Origin: Eledone cirrhosa
Lineage: Eukaryota
DNA length: 64,000 nucleotides
Reading direction: 5' to 3'
Assembly (NCBI GenBank): GCA_964016885.1
Contig: OZ024743.1
Span: forward strand, 45,384,001-45,448,000
In this document: in pieces, positions 53,313 through 64,000 of the stretch
Position numbering within the stretch: the first letter of the stretch is position 1
Layout of the letters: each line of letters begins with the position of its first letter
The notes under the pieces: model-generated
What the model saw: only the letters and a program-made list of their open reading frames with translations
Told to the model about the DNA's origin: nothing
Database searches by the model: none
Position numbers and translations under genes: made by a program

Positions 53313-53920
53313 GTCAGGTCACCAGTTGGTGCTACTGGTAACATGTATCCCAGTACAACCTGTCCCATGGTCGGGTTGTTGGCGACTAAACTGGCAACCC
53401 CACCAAGGATTCTTGGTGAGGAGGGTGACTTTGGACATCCTGCAGGACTAAAAACAAAACCTGTCAAAGGGCAAAGGAGCTCTTAAGAGTCAATGGCCAT
53501 CCAAAATCACCGGGAGAGATGACCCCTTAGCCTTTGTCAAGGCAGAATTCTAGGAGAAGGAAAACTCTGATATAACACCTGCAACCCTGATGGTATCCAA
53601 TGATGTTGACTTATTCTTCTTTTTGGTAAATATCAACTCGGGTTAAGAGAGTGGGACTGGCTTTGTGCAGTGCCTTTGCTCACTATAAAAGCTTCACGGC
53701 ACAGGCATTGCTTTATATCTGGAGATCTCTCTACACTTGTCGTCACATGGTACCAAGGCCCCAACACTGTGTCAATAATTGTCACAGGTGTAGTGTTTGT
53801 ACCAGAGTTTTCAAGTCGCTGGCTGGACTAAAAGTCACACTTGTTTAGCGCATCGGTAGGGGTTCTCCTACATGGATATAAAGTAGTGGCCGTACTCGAA
53901 AACGAGTTGGCAGCCACCAT
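53313..53920 (+). mobile_element. Short non-autonomous RTE-like element (5' UTR fused to C-terminal/3' end)
   Basis: Interrupts the microsatellite of the inverted array copy. The remnant CSVCTRVFKSLAGLK(SH) resembles the RTE C-terminal motif. Confidence 0.55.
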
Positions 53921-53923
53921 ATG

Positions 53924-53987
<64 letters not shown>

Positions 53988-54098
53988 TGCTACTGTACGT
54001 CTGTATACATATATGTATGTACGTATACATACATACTTACATTTAAGTAAGTGCCATACTAAGAGTGAGAAATGAAATTTCGTTTTCATTTTTTTCAA

Positions 54099-54128
<30 letters not shown>

Positions 54129-54131
<3 letters not shown>

Positions 54132-54180
54132 CCCATCATGGCCTGATCCGGATGGCTGAAAGAGGTAAAAGGGTAAAAGA

Positions 54181-54184
<4 letters not shown>
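54129..54184 (+). mobile_element. ~55-bp 3' tail fragment of the CR1-group LINE within (TA)n (second at 54517-54570)
   Basis: Matches 61546-61600, CCCAGCAT..CCGGATGGCTGAAACAGGTAAAAGAGTAAAAGAGTA. Confidence 0.85.
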
Positions 54185-54236
<52 letters not shown>

Positions 54237-54368
54237 TAGTACAGCATTGACGAAGCTCTAGTATACGGTCAAGCTACCGTATATGCATAATCGGTCTGTA
54301 GCTTTACCACTCAGATGAGGTAAGACCACAGAGTAATAATATTACGTTCAGACAGCTTAGCAAATCAG

Positions 54369-54400
<32 letters not shown>

Positions 54401-54420
54401 TAGATATATATATAATATAT

Positions 54421-54505
<85 letters not shown>

Positions 54506-54601
54506 TATATATATATGCCCCAGCATGGCCTGATCCGGATCGCTGAAACAGGTAAAAGGGTAAAAGAGTATATAATATATATATATATATATATGATATA
54601 T

Positions 54602-54633
<32 letters not shown>

Positions 54634-54656
54634 ATATATATATATATATATAATAT

Positions 54657-54720
<64 letters not shown>

Positions 54721-54731
54721 AATATATATAA

Positions 54732-55947
54732 TCTATATATATAAAACTGAGGTTGTCTGTCTGTCTATCGATTTTTGGCACACATCTCCTCTTAGAATCT
54801 CTCACGGAATTGCACGGAAATTGCTATACTTGTACATTGAGCCCTAGCGAAGACATCGGAAAGAAAAATATTTCAAATTGACCCGCCCTATCTGACGAAA
54901 TCGAATATAATGTATCGATCTTTGAGCGTAAGTGATCAGTTATTTCCCTTTGTTCTGTTTACATTCAGCGTAGCGTCTTACGTTCTCTTTACATTTTCTG
55001 CGTGCAAAAATTAAAAAAATGATTTCCCTTTGTTCTGTTTACATTCAGCGTAGCGTCTTACGTTCTGTTTACATTTTCTGCGTGCAAAAATTAAAAAAAT
55101 TACGCTGGCAAAAATTAAAAAAATTACGCTGGCTTTCTCAGCGTTTAAAATGACATTAACACAATACACGAACAGTTGTCGAGCCAGCAAAATTTTGACC
55201 TGCAAAATTCATCAGTTCGAACACTAAGCTTCCGTTTTGCTTCATTTCCATTTAAAAGCCTTTTAAAACAATATTTTTACTTGAAAACAAGTCTATTTAA
55301 AGACTACGTAAAACAAGCAAATATTTCGTAAAAAAAAGCAAAAATTATATAAGTTTATTTAAAATATATGTATCTGTAAATTTCGTTAGGCGTGCAGACA
55401 GACAGTCGTGCAGACAGACAGTCGTGCAGAGAGGTGATATAGGCGTGCAGACAGATAGTCGTGCAGAGAGGTGATATAGACATGCAGACAGACAGTCGTG
55501 CAGAGAGGTGATATAGGCGTGCAGACAGATAGTTGTGCAGAGAGTTGATATAGGCGTGCAGACAGACAGTCGTGCAGAGAAGTGATATAGGCGTGCAGAC
55601 AGACAGTCGTGCAGAGAGGTGATATAGGCGTGCAGACAGACATAACTGATAATTTGGTTACGCTAATGTTTTTCTCTGCGTTGCAGTGTTTACATTTTCG
55701 ATCTTTGTTAATAAATAACCAGTGCAGTTTTTATCCCCAGCATCCTCTTTTGTTATAACATTCGGGTTATCGTTATGTTTTCTTAACTTCATAAGGCATA
55801 TTGTTGGTTGAGGGAATATTAATCAAAAACACCACATGCAAGTCTGCACAGTAGACACTACAGTTTTTAAGCCAAAAAAGAAACTTAACATTGTAACTTT
55901 AACACAGCTACTGAGCGACCCCGAGCAACGCCGGGCTTTACTGTTAG
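54732..55947 (+). mobile_element. Non-autonomous Helitron
   Basis: 5' TCTATATATATAAAA..GTCTGTCTGTC. 3' hairpin CCCGAGCAACGCCGGG (55920-35), then TTAG. Inserted between A and T with no TSD. Confidence 0.82.
55387..55642. repeat. 37-bp minisatellite (~6.5 copies) inside the Helitron
   Basis: Unit TAGGCGTGCAGACAGACAGTCGTGCAGAGAGGTGATA. Confidence 0.92.
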
Positions 55948-56681
<734 letters not shown>

Positions 56682-57288
56682 GCTTGGCACTTGATATATA
56701 GGCTTGGCACTTGTTGGTATAAGACGTGAATTGTCGTCTCTCCAGATTTGAAATTTTAATATTTTAAATCGACAGTAATCGGATTTATGTATGGTTTTAA
56801 TTTTTCAGAGGATAAGGAAAATATACAAAAAAGATAAGTTTTTGTGCTTTGACGCAATTATTTTGAAGTATATTTGACATATATTACCGTTTTGAACATG
56901 TTTATTTTCACTGTCAACACACACACGTGCTTTCTATTTTTCTTGACTACCATACAGAGCATACGTAATCTAATTTTAGTTTAACTTAAACAGGTCTTGT
57001 ATTATTTTGATTTTTCTGAGTAACATAATTTAATTTAATATAATCTAGTTTAATTTGGTATAATCTTATCTGTATTTGACTCGATTTCGTTGTTTCTTGT
57101 TTGATATGCTGATATTACAATAACTTCGTATATTTGTAAACAAACATTTACATTCAACTTATATACAACTTACATCGTGTTTCTATATCTCTATGATTCC
57201 GGTTTCTTCCATTCATTAATTTAATTTAAAATTTATTTTTATATTTATGAACTGCTATTGCTCACGCTGTCTCTATCTCTCTCCTTCC

Positions 57289-57322
<34 letters not shown>

Positions 57323-57622
57323 GATCAACGAGCTCTCTCTCTCCCTCTCCCTCTCTCTAGATCAACGAGCTCTCTCTCTCCCTCTCTCTCTCTCTCCCTC
57401 TCTATCTCTCTCTATCTCCTCTCTCTCCCTCTGACCTCCCCCCCCACTCTTCCCGCTATCTCTCTCGCTCCCCTCTTCTGTCTCCCCTTTTTCTTTTCTT
57501 TTCTTCTGTTTCTCTTTCTTTTTCTCGCTGGAGTTATATCTCTATCTCCCTCCCTCCCTCTGTCCCTCTCTAACCTCTACCCTACACTTCCCACTGTCTC
57601 TCTTTCTCCCCTCCACAGCGAA

Positions 57623-58570
57623 ATGGACTGCATGCAGGAAAGAGGTGAAATCAGATGTCAACGAAACTGGTCAAAGATGGAACTAGCGGTTTTGATCAAG
57701 GGGTGGACCATGGCTGATGGGTCTCCACCAAGCAAAAAGATGGCGGAGACCCTGAAGATACATGGGTTTCTGAGGACCCTGGCACAGATAGAGAGAAAGA
57801 GAAAAGAAATTGAGAAGGCGTATGTCCTCATAGCGCCACATATGGTGATGCTAAGCCGTGTCCTCAGGGAGTAGAAAACCGAAGGGAGGGATGAGGGGAA
57901 GGAGAGGGAGAGGGAAGAGGAAGGGGAAAGAGAAAAGGAGGAGAGCACAAGCACGGACCTGAAAGAAAATGATATACCCTCCGCCACAGGCAGGGAGGGC
58001 AGGCCGGGCAACCAACAAGCTAAGGGCAAAGGTGAAAAGCGAAATCACCTTCCGAAGGAGAACCAAGCGCAGAGGGACCAGTGGACAACTGTTCAAAGAA
58101 AGAACAGAAAGCACCGAGACACTGGGAGCAAAAAACCCCAAGTAATGTGCAAGTTTTTCAAGAACGGGACATGCTGGCATGGAGAGACAGGGATGGGATG
58201 CAGATTCGCCCACCCTAGGTCTCAAACGAACTATGCCCATCATACTCGCACAACATTCCCCAGCCAAAGCCGAAATAAGCCGCTCCAGAAGTATGCTGAT
58301 GTCGCGCGTGCTGCACCAACAAGGAGAAGGCACGCACATGCCGACGAGATACAGATGGTAGCAGCAGATCAGAAAATTTTTTTAGTGATGGCAGAGAAGA
58401 TTGTGGGACAGCTGACCTGGCTGCATCGTCTCCAGAGCCAGGGTCATCCACACCAGCACTCGAAACCACCGCAGTTAAGGGACCCAGAGTGGCCGCCGCT
58501 GACACCAGACCGGGTGTCATACCGACAGCCATTACTGGCACCCCAAAAGTCACACCAGTGCTGCTGCTGA
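57623..58570 (+). pseudogene. LINE ORF1 (Myb/SANT trihelix-like + charged linker + CCCH finger), one internal TAG at 57872
   Basis: ORFs 57623..57874 and 58145..58570 are in frame, and the frame is open between them. Motifs WSKMELAVLIKGW..GFLRTLAQIERK, WTTVQRK and CKFFKNGTCWHGETGMGCRFAH. Confidence 0.75.
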
Positions 58571-61524
58571 ATGTCAGGGGCCTGGTGAAACTCAGCAACA
58601 TGAGTAAAATTTCCTACCTGGGAGACTTAGCCATAAGCAATCAAGCACTATGCATGGCACTAACCGAAACGCACCTGACAAGCAGTATAGCAGATGCAGA
58701 AATACATATACCGAAATATACTTTATTTCGTTCGGACAGGAAGGAGAGAACTCATGGTGGGGTTGCTCTGTATATCCGTGAAGATGTCACACCAATTGTA
58801 CTGTTGACACATTCAAACTCAGTCTGTGACACACTGATAATACATATGAAGCAACTACAGACAGTAATATGTGTCACATATCGGCCGCCCGATGCCCCCA
58901 GTCATGAGGGTAAATTTGAGGATAGCCTCAGTAGGATAGAAGAGGTCCTTGACAAACTGGACCAGGGTCTCAACATCCTACTGCTGGGAGACTTCAACCT
59001 ACCAAAGGTCAAATGGCCTGAGGGCCACCTCCTCCCTGGAATGACGTCAATAGAACAGAGACAGACGGAATCCCTGCTGGCCCTCACACACAGGCTGTTC
59101 ATGGAGCAAGCAATACTCCTCCCAACAAGAGACGAAAATGTCCTGGACCTCTGTTTTACAAACAACGAAGTGCTCATCCACAATGTAAAGGTGACACCAA
59201 CAATTCTCTCGGATCATAACTTAGTAGAGCTAATGATATGTGGTCCAAGAGAACCAACAGAGACAAGACCACCAAGAAGCTCCGGGACGCTATCCAACCT
59301 TAACTTCTACAAGGCTAACTGGAAAAAGATTAAGAGTGAAATCCGGAAGCAAACATGGAGTGAAAACACCGCCACACAAGTCACTAACACACAATTTCAA
59401 CACTTCATGACAACGATACACACCATATGCAAAAAGTGTGTCCCGGAGAAAGAGGCAAACAGACACAAAAATCTTATTCCCAGAGATAGGAAAATCCTTA
59501 TGAGACGTAGAACTAAACTCTAAAACCAGTTAAATAGTCAACAAAACAAAAACAAGAAGGATTCCTATTTGAAACGTGCACTACTTGACACCGAGATTGC
59601 ACTCAAACTTTCACATGAGAATGAGAGGGCAAAGAAAGAGAACAGGGCCATAGAAAACATTAAAACAAACCCTAAGGCCTTCTTTAAATTTGCAAAAAAA
59701 ACTGCCTCAGTACACTGCAAGATCGGACCACTCTTCCACACGGACGGTTCATTAACCGAAAATCCCCAAGAGATATGTGAAATACTGAACGAACAGTACA
59801 AAAGTGTCTTCACATGTCCACTGAGGCACATGCAAATAACGAAGCCAAAGGAGTTCTTTGATGCCACAACACTACATCAAGAAATGGCAACCATCAACCA
59901 CATAGACATAACGGAGGAGCATGTGGTGTACGCCATTGATGAAATTAGAACAGACTCGGCTGCTGGACCTGATGGATTCCCAGCAGTTCTCCTAAAAATA
60001 TGTAAGCGGGCCTTAGCAACTCCACTGAAGATGCTCTTCAGAAGCTCCTTGGCTAGCGGTGTACTACCCAGGGAGCTGAAAGAAGGCACAATATGCCCTA
60101 TCCATAAAGGAGGTAGTAGAGCGGAGGCCAAGAACTATAGGCCAGTCTCCCTGACGTCGCATATCAGTAAGGTCATGGAGCGAGTCGTCAGAAAGAAACT
60201 AATCACTTTCCTCGAAGAAAATGACCGCCTGACTAGCACGCAACATGGCTTCCGCCCAGGAAGAAGCTGCCTTACGCAGCTGCTACATCACTACGACTGG
60301 GTACTGAGACAACTACTAGACAGCTCACATGTGGACGTGATATATCTTGACTTTGCGAAGGCCTTTGACAAGGTCGACCACGGAATGATATGTCACAAAC
60401 TACACGGACTCGGCATAACTGGAAAAGTAGGTGAGTGGCTGCATGGCTTCCTAAGGGACAGAAGCCAGGGAGTCGCAGCAAATGGGGCCCTCTCGAGGGA
60501 AACACCGATAGCAAGTGGGGTGCCCCAGGGGACAGTCCTGGGACCACTACTGTTTTTGGTGGCTCTCTCGGACATGCCCTCTGTGGTGCATGCAACAACA
60601 TCCCTCACTAGCTATGCTGATGACACTAAGGTAGCACAGGCAATCAAAAACCCGGCTGACGCTGCCCTTTTACAGCAGGATCTGGATGCCATATACAGAT
60701 GGGCGGAAGAAAACAACATGCAGTTTAATGCTGGCAAATTCCAAGCCCTACAATACAAACCTGCAAACACAAATATAGTGGAACACAGCTACACAGGACC
60801 AGGAGGGACCGATATCCCCGTGTCAAAATCGATACGAGACCTGGGCATAGACATGAGCGATGATGCATCTTTTTCTTCACACATCATGAAGGTGGCGACA
60901 ACATGTAGACGATTCGCTGGCTGGATCTTGAGGACTTTCATTACAAGAGATCGAGACACCATGTTGACACTGTGGAGGACTTTTGTCCTAAGCCGCATGG
61001 ACTACTGCTCCCAGCTGTGGTCACCCCATAGTGTCAAACTAACCACGGAGCTTGAGGCAATCCAGCGAAGCTACACCAAGAGGATTGCCAAGATGAGGGA
61101 GACAAGCTACTGGGAGAGGCTAAAGGAACTGAACCTCTACTCCTTGGAGCGAAGACGGGAGAGATACGCAGTGAACTACATGTGGAAAATCCTGGAGGGA
61201 CTAGCACCAAACTTTGGCATTGGGAGCTGGACCAACAGTCGAAGAGGACGTTACTGTGTGGTGCCAAAGGTCCCGTCTTCCACATCTAGAATAAGGAGCA
61301 GGTATTGCAATAGCCTGGGATTCAAGGGCCCTCAACTCTTCAACAGGCTGCCGAGGCATCTGAGAGACTTGCATGACGTGGAGGTGGATGTCTTTAAGAA
61401 ACATCTCGACAACTTGTTATCCAGGATCCCGGATGAGCACACAGCAAGACACGAGGGAAACCTAAGGGCAGCAGCAACAAACTCCCTCCTACACCAGTGG
61501 CCAACCTATACAGGCTGGAGATAA
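58489..61524 (+). pseudogene. LINE ORF2 (AP endonuclease + RT), one internal TAA at 59521
   Basis: NVRGL, LTETHL, YRPP, LGDFN, SDH; NYRPVSL, DFAKAFD, GVPQGTVLGP, YADD, LYSLERRR. ORFs 58489 and 59569 share a frame. Confidence 0.93.
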
Positions 61525-61599
61525 AATGTGTAGCAACAAGGGCGGTGCCCCAGCATCGCCTCAGCCGGATGGCTGAAACAGGTAAAAGAGTAAAAGAGT

Positions 61600-62029
<430 letters not shown>

Positions 62030-62347
62030 CACAGAAACAAAATGGTGTAGGACAGAACAAAGGAGAGGCACAGAAACAAAGAAGGGAATCCCCAGTCACT
62101 GAAGAGGTCAGAGTGTGTGACGGAGAACTATGACTATATATAAACAACTATCTGGTTGTGGAACCAACCAACCAACCAGAAATTTATGAATTTATAAATT
62201 TATTATAAATTTACTATAATAAATTGAAGTGAAAGCAACTGGTGCGTGTGATTCTTATTGGCAACATGACCCTCCCAAAGTATAACAATATCGGTTTCAA
62301 CACACGATTTCAGATAAAGAATCTTGCTAAACAAATTCAGAAGCGAA
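62030..62347 (+). mobile_element. Diverged relative of the PLE D terminal region with degenerate hammerhead (62094-62135)
   Basis: ATGACCCTCCCAAAGTATAACAATAT..ACACACGATTTCA matches 27693-27740. Motif AGTCA-CTGAAGA-G-GTCA..TGAC-GGAG-AA-CTA-TGACT. Confidence 0.65.
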
Positions 62348-62350
62348 ATA

Positions 62351-62449
<99 letters not shown>

Positions 62450-62483
62450 CATATATAATATATATATATATATAATATATATA

Positions 62484-62571
<88 letters not shown>

Positions 62572-62709
62572 TATAATATATATATATAATATATATATAA
62601 TATGTATATATATATATATATAATATATATATATATATATAATATATATATATATAATATATATAATATATATATATGATATATATATATAATATATATA
62701 TATATAATA

Positions 62710-62793
<84 letters not shown>

Positions 62794-62951
62794 TAGAATA
62801 CATATATATATAATAGAATATATATATATATATAATAGAATATATATATATATATATATATTACATATATATACATATAATATATATATATATGTAATAC
62901 ATATATATATAATATATATATATATAATATATATATGTAATATATATATAT

Positions 62952-62993
<42 letters not shown>

Positions 62994-63167
62994 ATACATA
63001 TATATATAATATATATATAATATATATATATATAATATATATATGTAATATATATATATATATATATAATATATATATATATATATGTAATATATATATA
63101 TATATATATATATGTAATATATATATATATAATATATATATATACATATGTAATATATATATATATA

Positions 63168-63246
63168 ATTGTTTCTACTTTAGGCACAAGGCCAGCAATT
63201 ACCCAGTGCGTTACTGGTACTTTATTTCATCGACCCCGTAAGGATG
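63168..63246 (-). mobile_element. 3' fragment of SINE family 1
   Basis: Matches 35160-35238. Confidence 0.75.
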
Positions 63247-63345
63247 TTATATATATATATATATTATATATATATATATATAATATATATATATAATATA
63301 TATATATATATAATATATATATATATATATAATATATATATATAT

Positions 63346-63414
<69 letters not shown>

Positions 63415-64000
63415 ATAATAATAAATTTGAAGACTAAAATCCAAAGAGGGCTCGATAAGGATAAATATATATCAAATATATAAGAACCGTAGAGCAAATA
63501 TTTATTGTAATAACAGATTAAAGTTTAACCAAAGAATCGTTGCTTTCACCCTTAATGGGATCTTCTGAAACTAACAAAGTCAATCTGTAAACGCAGAACT
63601 GGATATTTCAAAAAACGTTGCAACCGGAGGAAGACGAGGAATCGGGTTGTTTGCCCCCTATCCGGGAAATGCCTCTCTAGTAACATTGTCTACAAATTAA
63701 GGTTGTAACACCCACGTCCCGTAGGGCCTACATAGGGTTAACTGCCAATAGATTCAAGCAGCGTCTTTACATGCATACCCATTCTTTTCGTTACCCTCTA
63801 AGAAGGAATATGACGTCACTTTCAGCTTATATCTGGAGTCTAAAAGGCAACCACACCCAGTATAAGTTACACTGGGAGATCCTAGCTTAGGCTAGATCGT
63901 ATAACGGAAATAAAAGACCGTGTGACCTCTGCGCCGCTGAGGCCCTGGAAATACTCTACGCCACAGACCACATCTTAAACAAAAAATCTGAGGCAATTTC

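Larger units (their letters stand above)
56678..61600 (+). mobile_element. Probably full-length CR1-group LINE flanked by (TA)n
   Basis: Putative 5' UTR, ORF1, ORF2 (APE-RT) and 3' (GTAAAAGA)2 tail. The 5' boundary is inferred from the end of the TA tract. Confidence 0.88.

Noticed and set aside
54232-54368. Structured-looking island in (TA)n with TTGACGA
   Set aside because: No GAAA core and no second copy in the window; cannot be assigned.
63530-63575. Minus-strand CAGAAGA-TCCC-ATTAA-GGG-T-GAAAG hammerhead-like motif
   Set aside because: Core mutation and no convincing stem I; probably a decayed PLE end, but unsupported.

Overview
Eukaryotic, AT-rich window made almost entirely of transposons and repeats. 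I found no credible host gene. The SINE families and dense (TA)n/(CA)n tracts resemble octopus/cephalopod DNA, which is my inference from recall. Contents: two L1/Tx1-type LINE 3' fragments; tRNA-derived SINEs; a 63-bp satellite interrupted by a non-coding LTR element; at least five Penelope-like element (PLE) families; a CsRN1/Kabuki-like Gypsy element whose two ends are not homologous; a non-autonomous Helitron; an RTE-like deletion derivative; and a near-intact CR1-group LINE sitting in (TA)n with a trihelix-like plus CCCH ORF1. The main signal is a very dense set of type I hammerhead ribozyme (HHR) motifs, about 20 copies in 8-10 sequence families. Many lie in ORF-less tandem arrays or fold-back palindromes and have long stem II extensions. 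The best case is a 591-bp non-coding tandem array carrying a U3-A8 compensatory HHR core (UUGAUAA), a candidate retrozyme/circRNA system mobilised by PLE machinery. All structures were folded and aligned by eye, and coordinates of degraded elements are approximate.
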